A stretch of 64,000 nucleotides of DNA from Carcharhinus amblyrhynchos (Eukaryota): assembly GCA_965287045.1 (NCBI GenBank), contig OZ336876.1:37014001-37078000 (forward strand), given 5' to 3'. Of this stretch, positions 50,401-62,344 are shown piece after piece; the stretch's first letter is position 1, and the number at the start of each line of letters is the position of its first letter. The position numbers were made by a program, and so were the translations under genes. The notes below the pieces were generated by a model, which searched no databases, was not told where the DNA came from, and saw only the letters and a list, made by a program, of their open reading frames with translations.

Positions 50401-50948
50401 TGTGTGCCGTTCTGGTCACCTCACTATAAGAAGGATGTGGAAGCATTAGAGAGAGTGCAGAGGAGATTTACCAGGATGCTGCGTGGTTTGGAGCGTAGGT
50501 CTTATGAGGAAAGGTAGAGGGAACTGGGGCTTTTCTCTTTGGAGCGGAGGAGGGTGAGAGACAACTTAATAGAGGTTTATAAGATGATTAGGGAGATAGA
50601 TAGAGTGGATGTGCAGAGACTATTTCCTCAGGTGTATGTAGCTTTTACTAGGAGTAACTTTTTACTCCTTATAGGAGGCATAACTATAAAGTTCATGGTG
50701 GGAGATATAGGAGAGATGTCCGAGGTAGATCCTTTACTCAGAGATTGGTTGGGGTGTGGAATGCACTGTCTGCTGTGATAGTGGAGTCGGACACTTTAGA
50801 AACTTTCAAGCGGTTATTGGATAGGCACGTGGAGCCCACCAGAATGATAGGGAGTGGGATAGCTTGATCTTGGGTTTGGACATAGCTCGGCACAACATTG
50901 AGGGCCAAAGGGTCTGTTCTGTGCTGTACTGTTCAATGTTCTATATTC
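47486..50948 (+). mobile_element. Long CR1 LINE: ORF1 (Zn finger/leucine zipper and SGNH esterase) and disrupted ORF2; internal deletion near 48150, inverted duplication at 49153-49393
   Basis: [82 protein letters not shown]; (gttct)n tail. Confidence 0.95.
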
Positions 50949-51619
50949 TCAATAATAAAGGGGATCAGGATAACAAACCAGCTTTTGCCATCACCCAGCA
51001 TCCAGTTTTCAGCTGTGGTCACTGGATAGCTGTTGCTGTTGGGAAGTTTGATGGATGCTTCCTCTTACATAACTCAGGGACTTTGAAACTAATGGCCTGA
51101 CTGAAATCAGCTAATGTAACAGAGATGAAAAACTGAGTTTGGTATAAATGGCTCAATATCACATCATCTGGATGTTTTTACAGGAAGAGCCACAAAACCT
51201 TTTAAAAATCTATTTGAAGAGAGCAGTTATGATGGCAAAATCTGGGACGCTATGCTCATGAAAGAGGAAAGAAATGTTTTTATTTATGGGCATTTTATTT
51301 TGATTAGTTGTATAGCTTGAAATAAGTCCCAATATAATAAGCTGCATGTTTATGCAGTGATTGAACAAATTAACCATCCTGATTTTAACAGTAACACAAA
51401 GTAGTAAAGAAAATACAATCTACAGTAAATTTAGGTTCGATTTTGTGTGTGGAATAATTACTGAGGAGGAGCATCTTTTCAAAAAAAATCTTCAAACATT
51501 TTAGTCTGCTTCACAAGGATTGGGCCTGTATTCTCTGAAGTTGGGATCATTGGGAGGTGTTGGTTGTTGAAACCTATACTATTGTGAAGGAGTTTAATAG
51601 GGTGGACACTGAGAGATAA

Positions 51620-52452
51620 TAGCTGGAAATTTCTCGTCCCATTTTCAGTGGACGGGTTTAGTGACAGGAACGGAAAATCTTGCAAGAAGCCCAGATCGTG
51701 TTTCACGCCGACGTAGATGCGTGACACGATTGTCCCCTCCCCTGACAGTGATGGTATGCGTTTCCCAATGTTGAATGTTGGGAACATCATCGGAATACAT
51801 TGTCATCTCGTCATCAGGCCTCTGTCCCTGAATCATTCCCCTTCCAAACCTGGTAAGAAATTCCATTCAAATTGGCATGAGGACAGAATGGTGTGAAACC
51901 TGACTGGTCTTCCAAGGTGGTGAGCAAATCTCCCAGAGGAGGTTAGTGTATCAGTCATGGGAGAGAGGGCCACCCGGGAACAGCTAGAGCACTACCTGGT
52001 TAATACCTGGGCACTAGGTGGGCAGTGGCAGGGGCAGTGCCAGGAGGTAGTGACTGGACACTGCTGGGGACAGTACCAGGGAGCAGTGCCAGGGGAAGTG
52101 GCCAGGCAGTTCCAATGACAGTACCGGGGCAGTGCCCAGACAGTACCAGGGCAGTGCCCAGACAGTGCCGGAGCAATGCCAGGGGGCTGTGCCTGAGTAG
52201 TGCTGGGACAGTGTCAGGGGGCTGGCCTGAGTAACAATGCCTGAGCTGTGCCAGAGTGTGGAGGTGTTCCAACTGAATTATGGTGTAAAAATTACACTTT
52301 GATCTTTGGTGGACTAAGTTGCTGACAGATTGGCTCAATCTGATCCCACTTAACTAGTGTTACATCATAGGGCTCCCTCCTTTATGTTCTTCAGACTAAA
52401 TCTGGGATGATATGGTGGAGAAAGCCACGGACACCACTTTTCCTGCCCGCTA
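51620..52452. mobile_element. GC-TIR element with internal ~10-bp minisatellite
   Basis: Left gctggaaatttctcgtccc; imperfect (gggcagtgcca)n array at 52005-52255, same motif as 11588-11700. Confidence 0.55.
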
Positions 52453-52739
52453 TCTTGGTAGATATCCAGGAATATTCCACCTGGGATAGATTTACAGTGA
52501 AACACATCGTTCCTAGGCACCGGACCCCAACCAATGCCAGCCACCCTGTTGTACTGTTGGAGCTGGTACTGGAACACTCAGAGTCAGCTCAGCTAGACTG
52601 CGCATCAACACAGCCAAACAACAGGGCATCCAGTCAAAGGCTGATTATTCGCTGCATATGCTGCTGATAGACTCAAACAAGTCAAAGTGAGGGTGAACAT
52701 AGGGCCCCACTAACTGTAAATCCACCTCTAGATTCCACC

Positions 52740-53025
52740 CATTGTTTCCGCTGTCAGAGAATCTAAAACACGAGAGTCACACTCTCAAGATAAGGGGCTG
52801 ATGATTTCAGACTGAGATGAGAAGAAATTGCTTCACTGAAGAGTTATGAATCTTTGATTACACTAAAAGACTGTAGATACTTCATTGTTAAAGATACTTA
52901 AATACACTTAAAGCTAGGATAGACAGATTTTTGATCTCTCAGGGAATAAAGGGACATAGCAAGTGATTGGGAAATCATAGCTGAAGGCAAAGATTGGCCG
53001 TGATTGTATTGTGTTTCCTATATTC
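52740..53025 (+). mobile_element. Old CR1 3' relic
   Basis: tctaaaacacgagagtcacactctcaagataagggg..actgagatgagaagaaattgcttcact. Confidence 0.7.
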
Positions 53026-53099
53026 TCATGCATCTCACTAGGACTGCTTTGGTATATGTAGGGGGCATGCTTGGAGCAGCACCAGGCATACCTAAAAAT

Positions 53100-54945
53100 G
53101 AAGTGTCAACCTGATGAAACCATAGCACAGGCTTTCTAGCATGTCAAACCCTGTAAACAGCATGCAGTAGACAAATCCAGTACCAACAGATTAGATACTG
53201 TCCTGCCACATCCAGTTGTGAATTGTGGTGGACAATTAAACAACTCACTGTGGGAGGAGACTCCACAAATAGTCCCATCTTGAGTGATGAGGTAGCTGAG
53301 AACATCAGTGCAATGGGCTGAAGCATTCACAATAATCTTCAGCTAGAAGTGCTGAGTGGATGATCCATCTCAGCCTCCTCTTGAGGTCCCCAGCATCACT
53401 GCTGCCAGTCTTCAGCGAATTCAATTTATTCCACGTTATATCAAGAAACGGGTGAAGGCCCTGTCTAATAATGTTTCAGCAATAGTACTAAAGATGTGCT
53501 CCAGAGCTAGCCAGACCCTTAGCCAAGCTATCCTAGTGCAGTGGCAGCTCTGTCGTTTACCCGGCAATGTGGAAAATTGCCTAAGTATGCTGTGTCCACA
53601 AAGTGCAGGACAAATCCAACCTAGCGAATTACCATTCAATTAGTCTATTCTCGATCATCAGCAAAATGAAGGAAGGTGTTGTTAATAGTGCTCTCAAGTG
53701 TCACTTACTCAGTAATAAGTACTCTCAAGAGGAGGCCAAGATGGATCATCCACTCGGCACTTCTAGCTGAAGATTATTGTGAGTGCTTCAGCCTATTACG
53801 CTGACTATCAGTTTGGGTTCCTGCAGGGCCACTCATCTCTTCATTACAGCCTTGATTAAAACATGGACAAAAGAATGAGACTCCAGAAGTGAGGGAAGAG
53901 TGACTGTCCTTGACATCAAGGCAGCATTTGACCCAGTATGGCCACAAGGAACCCTAGCAAAACTGGAGTCACTGGGAATTAGGGGGAAAATGCTCCACAG
54001 GTTGGAATTATACCTGGTACAAAGGGAGATGGTCATTAGTGGTCAATTATCTCAGTCCCTGGACATTGCTGTAGGAGTTTCTCAAGGTAGTGTCCTCAGA
54101 CCAACCATTTTCAGCTACTTCATCAGTCAGATCGAGTCAACTTCAGCTGCTTCACCAATGATCTTCCTTCCATCATTAGGTCACAGATTGGGATGTTCCC
54201 TACTGATTGCACAATGTTCAGCATTGTTCCTGTCTTTTCACATACTGAAGCAGTCAGTGTCCATTTGCAGCAAGAACCTGAACAACTTTCAGGCTTGGGC
54301 TGCTAAGTGGCAGGTAACGCTCACTACAAGTGCTGGGAGTTACCATTGACCAGACACTGCACTGGAATGCAATATAAATGCGTAGTTACAAGGGTAGGTC
54401 AGACTCTGCAAAATCTGTAGCATATAACTCACCTCCTGATTCACCAAGCCTGCCTGCCATCCACAAGGTCCATGTCAGGAGTGTGATGGAATACTCTATA
54501 CTTATCTGGATGAGCATAGCTCCAATAACACTGCCAAAGCAGCATGCTTAACTGGCACCCCATCCATCACCCTCAACATTCATTCCCTCCACCACCAACC
54601 CACAGTGGAAGTGTGTACTGCAACAACTCATTAAGGCTCCTCAACAGCACCTTACAAACTTCTGACCTCTTCCACTTAGAAGGACAATGTCCACAGGCAC
54701 ATGGGAACAGCACCACTTGCAAGTTCCTCTCAAAGTCACTTACCATCCTAACTTGGAAATATATCGCTATTCCTTCACTGCCACTGGGTTAAAATCCTGG
54801 AATTCCCTCCCTAACAGCACTGTGGGTGTACCTACACCGTGTGACTGCAGCAGTTCATGAAGTAAGCTCACCACCACCTTCTGAAGGATAATTAGGAGTG
54901 GACAATAAATGCTGGTCTAGCCAGCGAAACCCATACCTTACAAAG
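53100..54945 (+). mobile_element. CR1-group (L2/Crack-like) LINE, degraded RT and 3' tail
   Basis: VLDIKAAFDPVWPQGTLAKLESLGIRG..GVSQGSVL; 3' part homologous to 80-715. Confidence 0.85.
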
Positions 54946-54984
54946 GAATTTTTTTTTCCTGGATATTGCTGTGCAACCGGGGGG

Positions 54985-55168
54985 AAAAATACTGTATTAA
55001 AAAATCGGCAAGTTTGGCAGCGTCTGTGGAGAAGGAAACAGCTCTGAAGAAGAGTCATACTGCCTCAAAATGTTAACTCTTTCTTTCTCCACAGGTACTG
55101 CAGACCTGCTGAGCTTTTTTCAGCATTTTCTGCTTATATTTCAGATTTCCAAAATCTGTTCCATTTTG
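54985..55168. mobile_element. Miniature palindromic Penelope-derived element with hammerhead-like motif
   Basis: ggcaagtttggcagcgtctgtggagaagg is inverted to tttctccacaggtactgcagacctgct; central ctgaagaagagtc..ctcaaaa; resembles the 12115-12165 and 15350-15440 termini. Confidence 0.7.
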
Positions 55169-55829
55169 CATTAATAAAGTGTCATTCCGACTTCTATTTT
55201 TATTAAACACTTCCACTTTTAGTTGTTCAAAATTGGAGGTGAGGTCAAAAAACATTTTGACCAGATGGGGAGGTCATTTCATGACACCTTCAAGAAAATG
55301 ATCAACCAAAGATGGAATCATTAAGGTCCAAAGACATGTTATTAGCTGTATGGTTTGTCTCCAATTGGTGCATTCTCAAAAGTGCGTGGAAACAGAAAAT
55401 GGAGTTGGATGCTTTTTTGTCTAAGCTGTCACATTCGAAAACACTTTAATTCTTTCAGTGTTTCATTCCTTTCTTATGACATTAAGATAATATTAAATTA
55501 ACTCTTCCAGCAGCAGTTGAGGCAAAGGTCGCTAGATGTTTCTGAACGGCAATTGAGTCTGTTATGATTTTGTACTTGAAGATATTTGAAAGTTATTTAT
55601 GCTTGGATGCTTTTTTCATTTATCTATGTTGGAATAAATAATTCAGACTGGCCCAAAGTTTCTGCATCACTGCTCCTTTTTGTTTGGTGATATGAATGAA
55701 CAATAAATAGTCTCTTGGTTGTTAATTTTTAAAGAAATTCTTTGGAACACTTAATGCTTGAGGAAATATGACACAAACTGAAATGTGTTCATGTAGTTTT
55801 ATAACATTTCCTATTCACTGCCTTCCCCA

Positions 55830-57405
55830 AGTTAGGGGGAACTTCTGTGTTGTCAAGATTAAGTTATGTCTGACTAATCTAGTTAAATTATTTGAGGAGA
55901 TAACAAATATAAAATAGTTTTTATGTTTGTTTTGCATAGACTTCCAGAAAGATGTTCAATAAAGTTCCACTCTTGCGCTTCTTAGTAAAACTGAGGAGCT
56001 CACAAAATTGGAGATCACCTTTTACCTGACTTGAAAATTGATTGAGATGTAGAAGGCTGAGTCTGATTAATGAGGTGTGAAAACTGGTGTTCACCAGAGA
56101 TTTGGGAGGTGATTCTCCCAGCCCACTGTGCTGCCCAAGTGGTACAGTGGGCTGAGAGACATCAGTGATGGCTGTTTCATGGACTTCTCATTGGGCATCA
56201 CAGCCTTCGCACGTCTCCGGCACTAATCCAGAAATTGGCGCAGAATTGATTTGAATTTTGAAATTTCAATATTAACATTTGCATTCAATTGGTGGGACTG
56301 AAGTCTCCAGAGCTACTAACGTCTTCCCTCTCACCTAGAGTGATTCCCTCCAGCGGAGTTTACTCCTGCTTATGGTGGGGGGGGGGGGTTCGGAAGACCA
56401 GCAATGGGGGGTTGTGGGGCTGGCCAGCGAGCAGGTTGGCTAGCAATTGGGCTGGCCAGCAACCAGGAAGCTGGCAATGCAGGGCCATTGCACATGCACC
56501 GATCTTCACACTGACAGATTGGTGAATGCACAGTCACCCACTCAGCACTATGCTGCTGGCCTCTCAGGCAGGAGTAGGCCACCGCTGATGTCTCCCGGCC
56601 CACTGCACTCCTCAAGCAGCATAGCAGGCTGGGAGAACCACCCTACAGATCTCTGATGAACACCAGTTTTCACACCCCATTAATCATAGTCTTCTACATC
56701 TCAATAATTTTCAAGGTAAAAGATGATTTCCAATTTTGTAAGCTCCTCAGATTTACTAATAAGCATGTTATGAAACTACTGAACCACATTTCAGTTTGTG
56801 CCCAGAGATTTCCAGAGTAAATTCCACTAGGGCACTCTGATGCACAGAGTGTCGGAGATTAATTCTGGAAATCATGCCAAAAAAACTAATGGAATTTACT
56901 CCCATTTTCCCACACATTGAGGTCTTAGAATTTTTTTGGGAGAATCCTGGCCTTGTTCTGTGGCCTTGACTTTGCACCATATTTAATAATGACTTGGAGA
57001 ATTACATATCCAAGTTTATGAGGAAAGGTTGCATAAACTCAGCTTGCGTTTGAGCATAGGAGACTGAAGGATAATCTGAGCAAGATGGTTAAATCAGTGA
57101 AAGGATTTGAGTAGATGTGGAGAATCAAGTGCTAGGGAAATAATCTTAAAATTGGAGCCTGCATGCCCAACACTTCCTCGCATAAAGAGCACTGGAAATT
57201 TTACACTCTCTCAAAATACTATGGATGATGGGACATTTGGAGTTTCAAGGCTGAGATAAGTGGACTTTTTTTACGTTGATGTATCAAGCAATATAAAGCA
57301 AAGGCAGCAAAACAAAGTTGAGGCACAGATCAACCATGATCTAATTGAATGACAGACAGACCATGGAACTTAATGGTCTACGCCTATTCTTAAGGTTCTT
57401 ATGTT
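55830..57405 (+). mobile_element. Old CR1 relic interrupted at 56103/56953 by a composite TIR insertion
   Basis: CLTNLVKLFEEIT, DFQK, TGVHQ|..FNNDLE, then the 3' region and tail atgatctaattgaatg. Confidence 0.7.
56104..56643. mobile_element. 540-bp GC-TIR element
   Basis: TIRs ggtgattctcccagcc / ggctgggagaaccacc. Confidence 0.8.
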
Positions 57406-58149
57406 CAATCTCTCTTGACAGATTTGTTTGTTTGTCATCTCTCTTGTCCACATTTACAGACACCAATTCTGTGTCCAGATTTGTGTTCAATGATAATTCA
57501 GGGCTATACTTAACACCCAAATTCTGGCATCTTATATGTGATAAAATGTTTCATCTTGGTTATTAGAGTAGAAATCTACTTGGAATCCAAACCTCAGACT
57601 TACTAATATTTCTCATAAAGGGACATACAGTTAAAATAATTGAGTACTTCAACATTACTATACTACTTATTCTGAGCTCTTCAATAGTACTTGGGGATTG
57701 AATATTCTCTTAAGTCTAAAATAATCTATTCATACACATGTCTGCTATCAATATTCAATTTACACTGAGAAGCAACAAATAATAAGTCTGTGAAAGAGCA
57801 TCGATTTATTTTTTCATCACCGCTTGTCCCATTCTCCACTGAAGCAAATGAACGTATCTCGGTTATACTTCATTCTTTGTGACTTGTGATTCATGGTGCA
57901 GATTGGTTATTATTTGAGAATCGTTGACTGGAAAACAGTATCCCTTAACATTTAGAGGCACCACAATAATTTTACTGATTGGACACCATGTACACTAATT
58001 GGTAAGAATAATTAAGAGTTGATTTTAAGAGGTAAAGAACTTGCATGAAATGCTTTTTGAAGAGTAATCCCAATTAAAAATGAGGAAAACCCCAGTTACC
58101 AATGTAGGTTTATCCAAGATTGGACAAACACTAAATTAGATATATGACC

Positions 58150-58412
58150 AGATGAATTTGGCTTGTTGGGGAATTTTGGCTAAGATACTAAGTGAACTCC
58201 CTGAATAGCACAGCAAAAGCTTTTGCATCACCTAACAGGCCAAAAAGGATTTACTAGTTCATTTACAAATTGACAACCTTTTGTTCTGTGTTATTCCCTT
58301 GGGGCTCTACTAGAATATTAGCCCCAAAATCATGCCTAAATGTTGGAATGGAGTTTGAAGACATGTTCTTTCTGATTCAGAGGCAAGTGTGCTACCAACT
58401 GAGCTAATCTGA
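58150..58412 (-). mobile_element. Deu-domain SINE, degraded
   Basis: ctgattcagaggcaagtgtgctaccaactgagcta is an antisense tRNA-like head; weak Deu-domain similarity. Confidence 0.55.
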
Positions 58413-58489
58413 CACGAATCATTCTTAACAGTCAAAGTGAGATGGGGTTCACCATCTTTTTTAAAATAAAAAATAATAATTGGGGGGAT

Positions 58490-58592
58490 AATAGGAAGTG
58501 CTGAAAATGTTCAGCAGGTTTGGCAGTATCTATGGAGAGAGAAAAACAGAACGAATGTTTCAAATTGAATATCATGTTCTGAAGAAGTATTT
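58490..58592 (-). mobile_element. Penelope terminal fragment
   Basis: gctgaaaatgttcagcaggtttggcagtatctatggagagag resembles 12123-12165 and 55000-55035; followed by ctgaagaag. Confidence 0.6.
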
Positions 58593-58653
58593 CATCCACA
58601 CTATCTTCTAAATGGCAACACTCAAATATGTGAAGTCAAGTAACGCCGCCATC

Positions 58654-59185
58654 ATGTCATTTGTTATTCCCGAAAAGTTCCAGCACACTCTTCAAGTCCT
58701 CAACACCAACACTGATGGGCAAAGGAAAATAACGTTTGCTATCACCGCCATAAAGGGTGTCGGGAGGTACTACGCTCATGTGGTGCTGAGGAAGGCCAAT
58801 TTTGATCTATGCAAGAGAGCCAGCGAGCTCTCTGAGGATGAGGTTGAGCACATTATAACAATCATGCAGAACCTTCATCAGTACAAGATTCCCGACTGGT
58901 TCCTCAACAGGCAGAAGGATGTTAAAGATAGAAGATACAACCAGGTCTTGGCCAGCGATCTGGATAACAAACTGCTTGGGGATCTGGAGCGATTGAAGAA
59001 GATGCGTGCACACGGGGTCTGTGACACTTCTGAGGTTTCCGTGTGTGGGCCAGCACACAAAGGAGTCTCACAACACCAGGTTATTGCACCACAGGCAGGA
59101 GAGAGCACACAGTCGGTGTCTCCAAGAAGAAATAGATATTTTAGCTGCCAAATGTGTCAATAAATGTTTGTTTAAACAAAAAAAA
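58654..59185 (+). pseudogene. RPS18: Processed pseudogene of 40S ribosomal protein S18
   Basis: [65 protein letters not shown]; intronless; frameshift and TGA stops near 59012-59035; 25-nt insert; AATAAA at 59159 and A-tail 59174-59185. Confidence 0.96.
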
Positions 59186-60099
59186 TGACTTCACTGTATA
59201 AATAACCTTTTCCCATTCCAAATGAATTGCTAGAAAGACCTATTAAAATCTGTAATAACCTGCTGCTATGACTAGAATTGGAAAAATGTTAAAATGTTGC
59301 AAATGTCATTGCAGCTGTTCATTTTTGATTGTGTTGACTCACCCACCCCATTAATCCAGCTGGGTCAATGGCACAATACTTCAATAGAATTATCGCTAAC
59401 ATACATCAAGTCTAATAGTCTTCATAAGAGATGATAATTAACTTTGAAGTACGAGACTGGAAATGGGTTATATTTATCCCAAGATACTTGAACTAAGTGT
59501 TCACCCATCTGAAAGGGAAGTTGATATTAATGTCTTTCAGCAGGTTATGTGGAAAAGGCTTGGAAACACTCTTATCAGTATTCAATTTCAAACAAGGCAG
59601 AATGCCATTGACATTGATTATTTTCAGCAGATCACAGAAGGAAGGTTTTTTAAAAATTGCTTCAAGTAAGGGGATATTTGCCGAGGGGAATTCCATTTTA
59701 TGTTGGCTGCTTTTGTAACTCCCTGAATGTACATGCTGATCCACATTTTCACAACATGTAGTTCATTCACATGGGAAAAGAGTAGCAGAAACAGATTAAA
59801 GGCTTCTGAAAACACAGATGGTGTTCAAAACTGCAGGAGGAAACTAGTAGCCTTTTACCAAACACAATCAAGGGTACTTCACGTTATATCATTCAGCAAA
59901 GGGAACTTGCTAAAGTTGTGAATACACGTGGTAAATGACAAGTCTTACAAACAACTGACCAATGGATGTGTTTTCCTCCACTCTGTAAGTCTGCCAAGGA
60001 AAACAATGAATATAAAGACACATCCTTGCTTCATTTGTGAGTATTTTGAAAAAGATAATACAGCCTTGACATGTCAGATATTCACCAAATCCCAAACCC

Positions 60100-60740
60100 A
60101 AGATTAAGATTATAGTTTACCAGGCAGCAGTGAATCCCACACTCCTTTTTGTTTCAGAGACTCGGACAACCTACAGAAAACACCTCAATGCACGAAGGAA
60201 GTGCCACTACCAATGCCTTTGCAAGACCTCCCTAATTCATAGGCAAGAAAGGCGGTCCAAAAGCAGCACCCTCTTCCAGGCTAACTTGCCCACCATTAAA
60301 GTATTAACCATTCAAAGACAGACCTGCTGGGAAGGACATGCCGCTGCTATGCCTGATATCAGACTCTCAAAGCAATTGCCCTACTTGGAGTTTAGTTGTG
60401 ACAGGAGATTTCCAGGAGGACAATGGAAACACTTTAAGAAATATCCTCAAAGCATCCAAGAAGGTTAAACATATCCACAGTCCTGAGTTGTGATCACCAA
60501 AATGGAGAAGACGCATTCAGGAGGGCACTGAGCATATTGAGAGACTTTGTCAGGAATGTGCAGAGGTGCAGTTGTGTATCAGAGGAAGCACTAACAGCTC
60601 ATTTACTCAACTCCTCGCCTGCCCCACGTGTGGGAGAGTCTGCAAGTCAGCCATTGGAATTATCAACCATTTCTTTGCCCATCAAACTGGAGTGCAAGCA
60701 AATCATCCTTAATCACGAAGATCTGCCTGAGAAAGAAATG
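60100..60740 (+). mobile_element. RTE-clade LINE 3' relic
   Basis: PTLLFVSETRTTYRKHL..WEGHAAAMPDIRLSKQL..PGGQWKHFK; homologous to 35105-35722. Confidence 0.78.
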
Positions 60741-61322
60741 AAGCTGGGACCAGGGATTAGGTTTGTTCAACTCAATCCTCTTCATTCTGACTGATGAATA
60801 TGACATCATTGCTAAGAAGGATGGGAGGCTTGTCACCGCCCAAAGTCATTGACTCATATTTTGCAGACAGCAGTGAAGGAATGACACCCACCATTCACTT
60901 AGCTGATAACTGCTTGCAGAATTTACAGGCATTTTTGAGCACAGACATGCTCTAATCTGGTATTTCACTGAGTGCAGTGCCCTTTTACTGAAGATCAGTG
61001 AAATGGGAAGCTACAGTGAGAATCTTCAACCAATTATATTGAAGAATCCTAACTGAGCGATGAGGGGTGGTCTAATATGGCATGGAAAACCAGGAAGTAT
61101 GCTCAGTGCATCTGTAAGTAGCTTTTAACTCAGTAACCTCTTAATTCTTTTACTCATGGGTTTCCTGTCCAATCCGCAACAGCAAGCAGTAGGCATGATT
61201 TCAGCATGATGCTGGAATCTCAATTCCAATATCTAAAAATGCAGTTTGGAAAAGTTGGAGTTGAGGAGAAGTGAGACAACTTTAAGATTGAATTTGAGAC
61301 ATTCAAAGGTTGCCTACGTGAA

Positions 61323-61606
61323 GGGGTGGCACAGTGGCTAACACTGCTGCCTCACAGCTCCAAGGACTTGGGTTCAATTCCAACCTCTGGTCACGGTCTG
61401 TGTGGAGTTTTCATATTCTCCCTGTGTCTGCATGGGTTTCTTCCCACAGTCCAAAGATATGCAAGCTAGGTTGATTGGCCATGCTAAATTGACCCTTAGT
61501 GTCAGGGGACGTGCAGGGGTTATGGGAATAGGGCCTGGGTAGGATTATGGCTGGTGCAGATTTGATGGGCTGAATGGGCTCCTTCTGCACTATAGGGAAT
61601 CTATGA
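61323..61606 (+). mobile_element. HE1-like SINE
   Basis: ggcacagtggctaacactgctgcc..gggttcaattcc head and CR1-type tail. Confidence 0.88.
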
Positions 61607-61770
61607 ATTCACTGACACTTACCTTGATGTGCTACTACGGGGTGCGAGGAGCTGGAGCAGTATGTTATTTTCCTGCAATAGGAAGGGAATTCTGTAGCAG
61701 AAATGAAGAAGTTGTGGTTGAAGGTTACCCAGGAAGTGAGTAGCAGGGGCATAGTGCCGCACTGCTGGAT
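61607..61770 (+). pseudogene. Myb/SANT-like Harbinger ORF relic
   Basis: FTDTYLDVLLRG..MLF then (frameshift) EMKKLWLKVTQEVSSRGIVPHCWI. Confidence 0.55.
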
Positions 61771-61881
61771 AGGTGGGATGTTTCAGCTGCGCTCGCCCCA
61801 CCTGAGGTTAATAGACCTTTGCATAGTCCTGTCCCTCCTGCTATGATTCCCGTGGAGGGCGGGGCAGGGAAACTCCACTCC
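61771..61881 (+). mobile_element. GC-TIR MITE
   Basis: ggtgggatgtttcagctgcgctcgcccc..gaggttaatagacc..gattcccgtggagggcggggcagggaaa. Confidence 0.75.
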
Positions 61882-62344
61882 CAATCAGGACAGGAAAGGT
61901 GAATACAGTTGAACATCTATTTACATTCTGCTGCGTATATCAGCCCAACCCTCAGACACTGCCTTATCAAGTTTACCCCACCATATCATTTCTCAAACAC
62001 CTTGTGGGTGCACCCTTCCTTCTATGTCTACACATCTTCTCACATCAGTAACTGTTACTACTCAGCCTCAACTTCATGCAATGACATGTCTCGCCCTAAT
62101 AGTCACCCTCACCTAATACACCCCATTTATCTCATTACACCCACTCATTCCCTCTTTGCAAAAGAACAGACCACAGAACATGAGGAAAAGGGGCAGAACT
62201 GAAGCTGGTCCTCCAACCATATTGCACCTGCAAGCATAAAGAATGAGGTGCTGGAGAGCAGTGCAATTTCTGTGCCTCTGGTTGTTGAAGATGGGGATAG
62301 TGAAACCGATATCCCAGTGATGAAGTAGGATTCTAGGAAGGGGA

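Noticed and set aside
52005-52255. CRISPR-like array
   Set aside because: Units are ~10 bp, imperfect and without unique spacers; eukaryotic context with no cas genes.
58612-59163. 183-aa ORF as functional RPS18
   Set aside because: Intronless, A-tailed, frameshifted before the conserved HRGLRHFWG, with many substitutions in a normally near-invariant protein.
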